The translations under genes and the position numbers were made by a program. Shown here one piece after another: positions 52,441 through 62,259 of a DNA stretch of 64,000 nucleotides (positions are counted from its first letter, which is position 1; every line of letters begins with the position of its first letter). The notes beneath the pieces were generated by a model, which was given only the letters and a program-made list of their open reading frames with translations, was not told where the DNA came from and did no database searches. This DNA comes from an uncultured delta proteobacterium (GTDB lineage Bacteria; Myxococcota; Myxococcia; Myxococcales; Myxococcaceae): assembly GCA_963771175.1 (NCBI GenBank), contig CAVYSY010000024.1, positions 1-64,000 on the forward strand, read 5' to 3'.

Positions 52441-52926
52441 TCAGGCCGGGAACAACTGCCCGCGCAGGTCCTCGAGCCCGCGTGGCGAGCACAGCTCGGG
52501 CGAGAAGAGGATGTCGAGCGCACGCTGAGCGAGCTCCGCGGCGGGCGCGGCGACGAGCACCCGACCACACTCCTCGAGCTGCTCACGGATCAGGCCGATG
52601 TCGCCGTACAGCTCGGCGAGCTTCATGCGGTCCTCGATCGTCAGGTCGCGCTTCAGCTCCGCGGTGAGCTGGCGCAGCTCCACCGTAGTCCCGTCCGCTC
52701 TCTGCACCGAGGGCTCGGGCTCGAGCGAATCCTCCTCCTCGGAGAGGAGCGGCCAGATGTCCGTCAGCTTCTTGGGGGCCACCACCAGCAGGTGTCCCAC
52801 GCGCCGGGCGCACGACTGGCATGCCGTGCCACCGAAACGGGGCAGGTACAAGGCGGGAGATGCTCCAGAACCACAGAGCAGGCAGGTGGCCACGACGGCG
52901 GGGGTAGTGGGCTCCATGGGGTTCAC
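52441..52926 (-). CDS. hypothetical protein with N-terminal CxxC...CxxC
   Basis: CLLC...CQSC. Lies between xerC and hslV. Confidence 0.65.
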   Translation of the reverse strand: MNPMEPTTPAVVATCLLCGSGASPALYLPRFGGTACQSCARRVGHLLVVAPKKLTDIWPLLSEEEDSLEPEPSVQRADGTTVELRQLTAELKRDLTIEDRMKLAELYGDIGLIREQLEECGRVLVAAPAAELAQRALDILFSPELCSPRGLEDLRGQLFPA

Positions 52927-53018
52927 CGTTAACGTCCTCCTTCAGCGGGCGCCAGTCGCTCTCGTGCTCCGCGCCCGGCGATTGTCCGCTCGGCAGGCAG
53001 GCCGCTCTCCACGCGTCA

Positions 53019-53927
53019 TCAGGCCCGGGGGTGCGCGGCGTCGTAGACGGACTGGAGCTGCTCCCAGCTCACGTGCGTATACCGCTGCGTGGTGGAGAGG
53101 CTCGCGTGGCCCAGCAGCTCCTGGATGCTGCGGATGTCCGCCCCGCCGCCGAGCAGGTGCGTGGCGAACGAGTGGCGCAGCGCGTGCGGGCTCACCTTGC
53201 GCTGCAGCGCGCACAGCAGCACGTACCTGTCCAGGTGCCTCGCGATGTTGCGCGCCGTCAGCCGGCCCCCGCGGTAGTTGAGGAACATCGCGTCCGGGTC
53301 CTGCTCCGGCCGAGGCACCGCGAGCAGCTCGCCCCGGCGCGCCAGGTACGCCTCCAGCGCGCGGATGGCCTGCGCGTTCACCGGCACGAGGCGCTCCTTG
53401 CTGCCCTTGCCCATCACCCGGGCGATGCGCCCGCTCCGGTCCACGTCCAGCAGGTTCAGCCCGCACAGCTCGCTGATACGCAGGCCGCCGCCGTACAGCA
53501 TCTCCAGGATGGCCTTGTCGCGCAGGCCCAGCACCGTCTTCTGCGACGGCATCTCCAGGATGGCGAACATCTCGTCGACGGGGAGCACCTTGGGCAGGCT
53601 CTTGGGCAGCTTGGGGCTCTTCACCAGCTTGGCCGGGCTGGCCGGCAGCAACTTCTCCCGCACGAGGTACTTGTAGAAGCTCTTGATGCTCGCGAGCCGC
53701 CGCGCGCGGCTGGTCGCGGCATGGTCCACCGCCAGCGTGCCGAGGTAGCCGCGGATGGCCGCGTGCGAGGCCGCCAGCAGCGACAGCTTCATCCGCTCGA
53801 CCAGGTAGCGCTCGAAGTCCACCAGGTCGATCATGTAGTTGCGCACGGTGTGCGGGCTGGCGCCCTTCTCGTCTTCGAGATGGACGCGGAACTTCTCCAG
53901 CAGCGGCGACAGCGGCTCGTTGCTCAT
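53019..53927 (-). CDS. xerC: tyrosine recombinase XerC
   Basis: SPHTVRNY, GLRISEL, GKGSKER, HALRHSFATH, LLGH, TTQRY. Located in the hslVU/trmFO neighbourhood. Confidence 0.9.
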   Translation of the reverse strand: MSNEPLSPLLEKFRVHLEDEKGASPHTVRNYMIDLVDFERYLVERMKLSLLAASHAAIRGYLGTLAVDHAATSRARRLASIKSFYKYLVREKLLPASPAKLVKSPKLPKSLPKVLPVDEMFAILEMPSQKTVLGLRDKAILEMLYGGGLRISELCGLNLLDVDRSGRIARVMGKGSKERLVPVNAQAIRALEAYLARRGELLAVPRPEQDPDAMFLNYRGGRLTARNIARHLDRYVLLCALQRKVSPHALRHSFATHLLGGGADIRSIQELLGHASLSTTQRYTHVSWEQLQSVYDAAHPRA

Positions 53928-53970
53928 GGGCGGCTCCAGCGTAGACGTCTCCGGGCCGCCCGCAAGCTTC

Positions 53971-55576
53971 TCACGGCTTCGCGGGAGCCACGTACACGCC
54001 GGCGTTCGAGCCCTTCAGCACGTACACCGCCAGCGAGTCCTCCGGGCCCGCGAAGTACGCCGGCACCTGCACGCCCTGGTCGAGCGTCTTCCGCGCCTGC
54101 GTCTTCACGTCGTACACGGCCACGTCGTAGGCGTCCGAGTCCATCCGCGCCGAGGTGGCCAGCACCCGGTTGCCGTCCCCGGACAGCTTGTAGCTGAAGA
54201 TGCCCTGCATCCACGTCCGCGGCTGGGCCTGCTCGGCCAGGGGCAGGTCCAGGGCCTTGAAGTCGCACGCGCGGCCCTCGCGGATGCAGTTCGAGCGGAA
54301 GATGAGCTCCTTGCCCTCCGGGGTGAAGCCGTAGCCGAAGACGCCCGGGTGGGCCTTCTGCGGCCTTCTCCGCGCCCACCTGGTACAGCATCAGGTCCAC
54401 CGAGTAGATGGGCTTGAGGAAGCGCGAGAGGAACGCCACGTGCTTGCCGTCCTTGCCCCAGACGAAGTTGGGCACGCGGCTGCCCACCAGCTTCGGCTCG
54501 CCGTCCGGCAGCGTCACCACGCCCATCAGCCCCGCGCCCGCTGGCAGGTCGTACTTCGCCAGGAAGCCCAGCGCCTTCGAGTCCGGCGAGAAGGACGGCT
54601 CCTTCACGCGCTCGCCCACCTTGCGCCCCGGCTCGCCCGAGGCCGGGCCCACGAACAGGTCGCCCAGCAGCTCCGGCTTCGAGCCCTCGGTGCGCGCCAG
54701 CCACTGCGAGTCCGGCGAGAAGGCGAACGCCGACGTCCCCGTGGCCACCTGCCGGCTCTTCAGCTCCGGCAGCTCCGCCACGTACAGGTCATAGGTGCCG
54801 GGCACCGCCGTGCTGCGCACCTGGTACGCCACGCGCTTCGAGTCCGGCGACAGCACGTAGTCGCCCACCTGGTCCGCCAGCTTGCGCGGCTCGGCCTGCT
54901 TGCCCGGCTCACCCGCCACCGGAATCGCCAGCAGCCCGCCGGCCGCCGCCAGCCGCCGCTTGATGAACAGCATCGAGCCGTCCGGCGAGAAGCCCGCCGT
55001 GGACACCTCGCCCGCCACCGTCTGGAAGGGGCCCGCCGGCAGCGCGCCCAGCTTCAGCACCCCGCCGTCCACGAAGGCCAGCTTCGAGCCGTCCGGGCTC
55101 GGCAGGAAGTACGACACCGCGCCGCCGAGCTTCTGGGGCTCGGCGGTGGGCTCGCTGAGCGCCAGCACGTGCAGCGCGCCGGACTGGTTCGCCAGGTTGT
55201 ACCCGGTGAGGTACAGCACGTGCTTCGAGTCCGGGGTGAAGAGCAGGCCCCCGGGCACGTTGGTCACTCCGTCGCCCAGCTTGCGCGGCGCGCCGCCCGT
55301 CACCGGCACCACGTACAGCGTGCCCAGCCGCATCTGCGGAGGAATGCCCTCCACGGTCGGCTTGTGCGTCTTCTGCAGGTACGTGGCGAACTGCCCGTCC
55401 TCGGTGACGCGCAGGTCCTCCGCCGGGCCCTCGGCCAGCATCACGCCCTGCCCGCCCACGGCCGCTCCGGCCCGGGCGCTCCCCTTCCCGCCACTCTCCT
55501 TGGCGTCGCCGCGCTTGCACCCCACCAGCGCGAGCGCCATCAGTGCACCCGCCACCACGGTTCGTCGAAGCATCAT
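53971..55576 (-). CDS. aglU: TolB-like beta-propeller lipoprotein, probable AglU orthologue; frameshift near 54355
   Basis: LVGC lipobox and repeated FSPDS/SPDG blades. Directly downstream of gid/trmFO, as I recall for Myxococcus aglU. Confidence 0.65.
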
Positions 55577-56930
55577 GCGGTCCTCTGGAGCTCCTGTGCG
55601 GGAGGCACACTCGGCAGCCACGTGGCGAGATCCGCCCGCGCCCGCTCCGCGTACCGCGCCCGCTTGTCCGCCTTCTTCACCCGCCCCGGCAGCGGCGGGA
55701 ACAGCCCGAAGATGACGTTGGTGGGCTGGTAGTCATAGTCCGGCGGGTGCGCCTCGCCCGTCACGTGCCGGTAGAGCGACCCCATCGCCGTGGTCGCCGG
55801 CGGCGGGACGAACTCCTGCCCCGTCAGCCGCGCGTACACCGCCAGCGCCGTCAGGTAGCCGCACGCCGCCGACTCCACGTAGCCCTCCACGCCCGTAATC
55901 TGTCCCGCGAAGAAGATGCGCGACTCCGCCTTGAGCGACAGGTCGCGCTGCAGCAGCCGCGGCGAGTCGATGAAGGTGTTGCGGTGGATCTGCCCCATCC
56001 GCAGGAACTCGGCGTTGGCCAGGCCCGGGATGCAGGTGCTGAAGATGCGCTTCTGGTCGCCCCAGGTGAGGCGCGTCTGGAAGCCCACCATGTTCCACGC
56101 CGTCCCCGCCTTGTCCTCCATGCGCAGCTGCACCACCGCGTAGGGCTGCTCGCCCGTGCGCGGATCCTTCAGCCCCACCGGCTTCATCGGCCCGAAGGCC
56201 AGCGTGTCATCGCCTCGTTCGACCATCACCTCGATGGGCAGACACCCTTCGAAGTATCTGGGTTCCTCGAAGCTGTGCGGCTGGACCTTCTGGCCCGCCT
56301 TCACCTCGGCGATGAAGCGGTAGTACTCCTCCCGGTTCATCGGCAGGTTGATGTAGTCGTCCCCGCCGCCCTTGCCGTAGCGGCTCGCGCGGAAGGCGAT
56401 ATTCATGTCGATCGAGTCCCCGGACGACGATGGGCGCCAGCGAGTCGTAGAAATAGAGCTTCTCGCCCACGTAGCGCTCGAGGTCCTTCGTCAGCGCGTC
56501 CGAGGTGAGCGGCCCGGTGGCCACCACCACCAGGCCGTCGGGCAGCGCATCCACCTCGCCATTGCACCACCTCCACGCCGGGGGCCTCGCGCACCGAGCT
56601 CGTCACCGCCGCCGAGAAGGCCTCGCGCTCCACCGCCAGCGCATCCCCCGCCGGCACCCGGTGCGTGTCCGCGCACCCCAGAATCACCGACGACAGCGTC
56701 CGCAGCTCCGCGTGCAGCAGGCCGATGGCGCTCTCCGGGTTGTCCGAGCGCAACGAGTTGGAGCACACCAGCTCCGCGAACTGGTCCGTCTTGTGCGCCG
56801 GCGAGCGCTTCTGCGGCTTCATCTCCCGCAGCGTCACTGGCACCCCGCGGCGCGCCAGCTGGTAGGCGCACTCGCTGCCCGCCAGGCCACCGCCAATCAC
56901 CGTCACCCGCTGAAACTTCACGTCCTGCAT
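55573..56930 (-). CDS. trmFO: folate/FAD-dependent tRNA (uracil-54) methyltransferase; frameshifts near 56560 and 56420
   Basis: [57 protein letters not shown]. Confidence 0.95.
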
Positions 56931-57206
56931 CACTCTCTCCACGGGCCGTCTCCTGGCCCATCCGGCAACTGTTAGCAGGACCGCCCCGGCCTGTCCCACC
57001 TTCTCACTCCTGCGTGTCCACCTCCCGGGCGCCGGACCCATGCCCGCCTGCCTGTTCCTCGGCCATCCGACAAGTAGGAGAAACAGAAGCAGTTTCCCTA
57101 CCTCGCCCTGGCTCCTAGCTTTTCCCCGTTCATCGCGCGGGACATTGGGTCCGGGCGACGCAGTGCATCATCGACGCAGCGCACCTTTGATGGAGCGACA
57201 AGGGCC

Positions 57207-57593
57207 ATGAACCGAGCCAACGACCTTCTGAAGATTCGCGACCTGCTCCAGCGACGTCGGCGGGACATCCTCAGCGCGAGCCAGGGAGCCCAGCGCGAGC
57301 TGTCCGCGCTGAAGGACCAGGATCGCGACCCGGAGTACGAGGAGAACGCCCAGGCGGAGCTGGCGGACTACACGCTCTCCAGCCTGATGGAGGCGCAGCG
57401 GCGCGAGGTGATGCTCATCGACGCCGCCCTGCGTCGCATGGACACGGGCGTGTTCGGCACCTGCGTGGACTGCGGCTTCGACATCCCCATCGAGCGGCTG
57501 GAGGCGCTGCCCTTCGCCATCCGGTGCGAGGAAGACGCGACGCGTCACGAGCTGGAGATGCGCGGCGGCCCGCAGGCCATCCCGTCTATCTAG
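57207..57593 (+). CDS. TraR/DksA family protein
   Basis: Coiled coil, IDAALRRM, FGTCVDCG..IPIERLEALP..RCEED. Confidence 0.88.
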   Translation: MNRANDLLKIRDLLQRRRRDILSASQGAQRELSALKDQDRDPEYEENAQAELADYTLSSLMEAQRREVMLIDAALRRMDTGVFGTCVDCGFDIPIERLEALPFAIRCEEDATRHELEMRGGPQAIPSI

Positions 57594-57627
57594 GCCGGAC
57601 TGGAGGGCGCCCGGGGAACGGAGCGCC

Positions 57628-58218
57628 CTACTGCGGCTTGCCCTCGTCCTGGAGGACCACGAAGCGGTAGTTCTCCAGCTCGTTCTGGCCGGCCGTGTAG
57701 AGCACGGTGAGGAGCATGTCGTACGGAATGCTCTTGTCCGCGATGATGGACAGCTCCCGATTGAACGGCGCCGCCGGGTTGCGCTCGGCGATGTACTTGA
57801 GCTTCTCCACTTCCTTCTTGAGCTGCGCGTCGAGCGGCATCACCAGCCGGCCCTGAAGGGCCTCGGGCGGGAGCTGCCCGTTCTTCAGGCGCAGCACTTC
57901 CCTCTCCCCCACGAGGATGTTCTTGGGGGTGACGGTGACGGCCACGGTGTCCTTGGGCGTGGCGCGCGTGGAGGACACGGGCGGCCGCACGTCCTCGCTG
58001 GCCGTCATCGCCGCCGAGGACGAGGCGAAGGACTTGAGGAGGAACACCAGGAGGATGGTCATCATGTCCATCATCGCGGTGATGTTCAGCTCCTTGATTT
58101 CGCCGGCCGCCTCGCGCTCCTTGCGCTTCTTGCGCGCCAGCGCCTTGCGGTAGCGCATCCGCTGCAGCGCCTCGTCATCCACCGGCACCTGGATGGTGCT
58201 CTCGCCCGGCGTCGACAT
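57628..58218 (-). CDS. ExbD/TolR family protein
   Basis: ELNITAMMDMMTILLVFLL and IIADK. Confidence 0.9.
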   Translation of the reverse strand: MSTPGESTIQVPVDDEALQRMRYRKALARKKRKEREAAGEIKELNITAMMDMMTILLVFLLKSFASSSAAMTASEDVRPPVSSTRATPKDTVAVTVTPKNILVGEREVLRLKNGQLPPEALQGRLVMPLDAQLKKEVEKLKYIAERNPAAPFNRELSIIADKSIPYDMLLTVLYTAGQNELENYRFVVLQDEGKPQ

Positions 58219-58220
58219 GA

Positions 58221-58742
58221 CTAGAGGGCTCCGAGGGTGACGTCCGGGAAGAGCAGGCGGTGCGACTTGTCCTGCGTCTCGCGGAGGGCGTCCATGGTCT
58301 GGATGAGCGCGTCGTAGGGCGTGTCCGGATCCGCGGCGACGATGACCTTGGTCTCGGTGGGGAAGGCGCTCTTGATCTGCACCATCTGCGCGTTGAGGGC
58401 GGCGTAGTCGTACGAGCCATCCGCCTTGACGGGGATGGTGGGGGCGCCGTCCTGGCCGAGGATGGCGTTCTCGCTGTTGACGAAGTGCCCCTTCTTGCTG
58501 ATGAGCACGCTGAGCACCAGGCTCGGCTGGTCCGGGTTCTCCTGGGGGGCCACGGTGGTGCTGGGGCCGCCGTAGCTCGGCGCGCTCACGTTGAGGATGC
58601 CGAAGGACGCCAGCCCGGTGATGGACAGCAGCATGAACAGGATGAGGTTCATGAGGATGTCGAGGTACGGGACGATGTTGAGCTCGCCCGACTCCTCCTC
58701 CTCACGAGGCTTCAGCTTCCGCCTGGAGTAATGGAACGCCAT
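58221..58742 (-). CDS. ExbD/TolR family protein
   Basis: ELNIVPYLDILMNLILFML and AADPDTPY. Confidence 0.9.
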   Translation of the reverse strand: MAFHYSRRKLKPREEEESGELNIVPYLDILMNLILFMLLSITGLASFGILNVSAPSYGGPSTTVAPQENPDQPSLVLSVLISKKGHFVNSENAILGQDGAPTIPVKADGSYDYAALNAQMVQIKSAFPTETKVIVAADPDTPYDALIQTMDALRETQDKSHRLLFPDVTLGAL

Positions 58743-58758
58743 GGGCCCCTCCGGCGCG

Positions 58759-59484
58759 TCAGGCGGCGCGGGCGTCGTCGAGGGTCGTCTCGCCCGCGGC
58801 GCGGCGCGCCAGCATGTTCTCCAGCTTGAGGGCGTTGAGCTCCATGCTCTCCACCATGCTCTTCGCGTACGAGGTGAGGAACAGGTGGAAGACGATGCAG
58901 AGCACCGCGATGGAGAGCGCGAAGGCGGTGTTGTTCATGGCCTTGGAGATACCGTCCGACAGCAGCGCCTGCTTCTGCTCCGCGGGCACGTTGCCGAGCG
59001 CCTGGAAGGTACCGATCAGACCGAAGATGGTGCCGACGAGGCCCACCAGCGTGGCGATGTTCGCGAGCGACCAGAGCCACGGAATCCGCGCGCCCACGTG
59101 CGGGGTGTTCTCGACGAGGGCCTCCTCCACCGCCTTGGCGACTTCAATCTCGCCACGGTTGGCGCGGGTGAGGCCGGCGCGGATGATCTTGGCCAGCGGC
59201 GATTTGGGGGCGGCGGCGCACAGCTTCACGGCGCGATCGATGTTGCCGGTCATCACCAGCTTGGTGACCTGCTCCATGAAGGGCGGCGCGTTGAGGTTGT
59301 AGCGGAACATGAGCGTCACGATCCGCTCCAGGGCCACCGCGAGCGCGGCGGCCAACCAGAACAGGTTGACGAACATGAAGGGACCACCGTCCTTGAAGAA
59401 CTTGATGACGGAGTCCACGAGGCCGAGCTTCGCGGGGGCCTGGGTCAGCACCACGTCCAGCAGCTCGCTCACCATGGGAATCAT
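58759..59484 (-). CDS. MotA/TolQ/ExbB proton-channel protein (start approximate)
   Basis: GGPFM, ATLVGLVGTIFGLI, GISKAMNNTAFAL. Confidence 0.9.
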   Translation of the reverse strand: MIPMVSELLDVVLTQAPAKLGLVDSVIKFFKDGGPFMFVNLFWLAAALAVALERIVTLMFRYNLNAPPFMEQVTKLVMTGNIDRAVKLCAAAPKSPLAKIIRAGLTRANRGEIEVAKAVEEALVENTPHVGARIPWLWSLANIATLVGLVGTIFGLIGTFQALGNVPAEQKQALLSDGISKAMNNTAFALSIAVLCIVFHLFLTSYAKSMVESMELNALKLENMLARRAAGETTLDDARAA

Positions 59485-59536
59485 CGCGAAGCAGGTCCTT
59501 TCGACGTCCGCGCCTGCCCCGGGGGCAGGCACTGAA

Positions 59537-59566
59537 CTTCTAGAGGACCCGCTGCGCGGGTGTCAA
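59537..59566 (-). promoter_or_regulatory. sigma70-like promoter for the motA/exbD/exbD operon
   Basis: Minus strand TTGACA-N18-TAGAAG. Confidence 0.45.
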
Positions 59567-59611
59567 GGCAGGGGCAGGCCATGCCCCTGAAATCCTTGAA
59601 CTTTCAGCCCC

Positions 59612-62251
59612 TCAAGCGACCGAGGAGACGTCGGGGCCGCTGGGGGCGGGAGCCGTGGCGGCGGCGGCGACCTCCGGCTCGACGATCTGCCGGCGGTAGT
59701 CGCACTCCTTGTTGGGGCAGGCGATGAACGGGCCGTCCCGCTTGGAGTACTTCTGCAGCAGGTAGGGCGACTGGCACTGCGGGCACGCCTCGGCGATCGG
59801 CCGGTCCCAGGCGGCGAACTTGCAGTCCGGGTAGCGGTTGCAGCCGAAGAAGATCTTCCCGAAGCGGCTGCGGCGCTCGGTGAGGTAGCCCTGCTTGCAG
59901 TCCGGACACGTCACGCCGATGGAGATGGGCTTGGACGTCTTGCACTCGGGGTAGCCCGAGCACGCGAGGAACTTTCCGAACCGACCGCGCTTCACCACCA
60001 TGGGCTTGCCGCAGTTCTCGCACTTCTCGTCGGTCGTCTCCTCCTCGATGATGACGATCTTCCCCTCGGCGTCGCGCTTGAAGTCCTTGGTGTTCTTGCA
60101 CTCGGGGTAGTTCGAGCACGCGAGGAAGTGGCCCATCTTCCCCCACTTGATCACCATGACGTTGCCGCACTTCTCGCAGGCCACGTCGGTCTTGACCTCC
60201 TCGCGCTTGACGTCGCGCATCTCCGCTTCGGCCTTCTCGAGCGTCTCCTTGAAGGGCTCGTAGAAGTCGTGGAGCACGGCCTTCCAGTTGGCCTCGCCCT
60301 CGGAGATCTGATCGAGCTTCTCCTCCATGCCGGCGGTGAAGGCGACGTCCAGCTCGTGGGGGAAGTGCTTGACGAGCAGCTCGTTGCAGATGACGCCGAG
60401 GTCCGTGGGACGGAAGCGCCCCTCCATCTTCTCCACGTACTTCTTGTCCTGGATGGTGGAGAGGATGGCGGCGTACGTGGACGGACGGCCGATGCCCCGC
60501 TCCTCGAGCTCCTTGACCAGGGTGGCTTCGGAGAAGCGCGGAGGCGGCTGGGTGAAGTGCTGCTCGTTGAGGAGCTTCTGCAGGCCGAGGATGTTGCCCT
60601 CGTCGAGCACGGGCAGCTCGCCCACGGCGTCCTCGTCGGACTCCTCACCGGAAGCGCGCGCCTTCTCCTGGGCGGCCTCCTCCTCGGGGGTGAGGCCCGC
60701 GCCGTAGACGGCCAGGTAGCCGGGGAACTTCAGCGTGGAGCCCGAGGCCCGGAAGGTGACCCGGCCCGCGGTGATGTCCGCGCTCGTCTGGTCATACACG
60801 GCCGGCTTCATCTGGCAGGCCACGAAGCGCCGCCAGATGAGCTCGTACAGGCGGTACATGTCCGCGGCCATGTCGTCGTTCATCGAGTCGAAGAACGACT
60901 TCACCTTCTCGGGCGGGTACTCGAGCGAGGTGGGGCGGATGGCCTCGTGCGCGTCCTGGGCGCCCTTCTTGGTGCGGTACACCACGGGGGCCTCGGGCAG
61001 GTAGTCCGCGCCGTAGGTGCCACCGATGAAGTCGCGCACCCCCGCCACCGCCTGATCCGACAGACGGGTGGAGTCCGTACGCATGTACGTGATGAGCGCC
61101 GTCTGGCCCTCCTCACCGAGCGGCACGCCCTCGTAGAGCCGCTGGGCGAGCGCCATCGTCTTCTTGGCGGTGAAGTGGAGCCGGTTGGCGGCCTCCTGCT
61201 GCAGCTTGGAGGTGATGAAGGGAGCGGGCGCGTTGCGGCGCCGCTCTTTCTTGTCCACCTTGGACACCACGAAAGAGGAGCCCTGGAGCTCCGCCACGAG
61301 CGCGTCGGTGGTGGCCTTGTCCTTCAGCTCGATCTTCTTGCCGTCCACCTTGGACAGCTTGGCCTTGAAGGGCGGCGGCCCGGCCGGCCCCTCGAGGAGC
61401 GCGTCCAGGGTCCAGTACTCCTGCGGGACGAAGGCCTTGATCTCATCCTCGCGCTCGCAGACGAGGCGCACGGCCACGGACTGCACGCGGCCCGCGGACA
61501 GGCCCCGGCGCACCTTCTTCCAGAGGATGGGGGAGATCTGGTAGCCCACGAGCCGGTCCAGGATGCGCCGCGTCTGCTGGGAGTCGTAGTTCTCCTGGCT
61601 GAGCTGGCGCGGGTGCGCGATGGCCTCCTGGATGGCCGACTTGGTGATCTCGTTGAACATCACCCGGTAGGCGTTGTCGTGGCCGAGCTGCTTGTGGATG
61701 TGCCAGGCAATGGCCTCGCCCTCGCGGTCGGGGTCCGTCGCGAGGAAGACCTTGTCCACGCCCTGGGCGGCCTTCTTCAGCTCGCCGAGCACCTTCTCCT
61801 TGCCCTTGATGACCTCGTACTGGGGCTCGAAGTCGTGCTCGATGTCCACGCCCATCTTGCTCTTGGGCAGGTCCAGGATGTGGCCCACCGAGGCCTTCAC
61901 CGTGTAGCCGGAGCCCAGGTACTTCTTGATGGTCTTCGCCTTGGCGGGCGACTCGACCACCACGAGGTAGTGCGGTCCCTTGCCGCGCCGGGAAGTCTCG
62001 GACGACTCGGAGTCCTCCGCGGAAGCCTCCACGGTGGCCAGGGCCCCGTCACCGTCCTTGCGGCGAGCGGCCTTCTTGGCGGTCGTCTTCTTGGCGGCGG
62101 ACTTCTTCGCGGCCGTCTTCTTGGCGGCCGTCTTCTTCTTGGCGGCCGTCTTCTTGCGCGCCACCGGCTTCTTGGCTTCCTGCTCAGGGGCCGCCGTCTC
62201 CTCGACCTCCATCTCGCCTGCCGTTGCCGTCTTCTTCGTGCGCGTCGCCAT
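59612..62251 (-). CDS. topA: DNA topoisomerase I
   Basis: VVESPAKAK, ATDPDREGE, SAGRVQS, ITYMRTDS, GIGRPST and C-terminal zinc ribbons. N-terminal Lys/Ala repeats. Confidence 0.97.
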   Translation of the reverse strand: MATRTKKTATAGEMEVEETAAPEQEAKKPVARKKTAAKKKTAAKKTAAKKSAAKKTTAKKAARRKDGDGALATVEASAEDSESSETSRRGKGPHYLVVVESPAKAKTIKKYLGSGYTVKASVGHILDLPKSKMGVDIEHDFEPQYEVIKGKEKVLGELKKAAQGVDKVFLATDPDREGEAIAWHIHKQLGHDNAYRVMFNEITKSAIQEAIAHPRQLSQENYDSQQTRRILDRLVGYQISPILWKKVRRGLSAGRVQSVAVRLVCEREDEIKAFVPQEYWTLDALLEGPAGPPPFKAKLSKVDGKKIELKDKATTDALVAELQGSSFVVSKVDKKERRRNAPAPFITSKLQQEAANRLHFTAKKTMALAQRLYEGVPLGEEGQTALITYMRTDSTRLSDQAVAGVRDFIGGTYGADYLPEAPVVYRTKKGAQDAHEAIRPTSLEYPPEKVKSFFDSMNDDMAADMYRLYELIWRRFVACQMKPAVYDQTSADITAGRVTFRASGSTLKFPGYLAVYGAGLTPEEEAAQEKARASGEESDEDAVGELPVLDEGNILGLQKLLNEQHFTQPPPRFSEATLVKELEERGIGRPSTYAAILSTIQDKKYVEKMEGRFRPTDLGVICNELLVKHFPHELDVAFTAGMEEKLDQISEGEANWKAVLHDFYEPFKETLEKAEAEMRDVKREEVKTDVACEKCGNVMVIKWGKMGHFLACSNYPECKNTKDFKRDAEGKIVIIEEETTDEKCENCGKPMVVKRGRFGKFLACSGYPECKTSKPISIGVTCPDCKQGYLTERRSRFGKIFFGCNRYPDCKFAAWDRPIAEACPQCQSPYLLQKYSKRDGPFIACPNKECDYRRQIVEPEVAAAATAPAPSGPDVSSVA

Positions 62252-62259
62252 GATTCTCC

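Noticed and set aside
53019..53927. Tyrosine recombinase as a phage or island integrase
   Set aside because: Its size and the trmFO/hslVU context fit housekeeping XerC. No att sites or cargo are visible.
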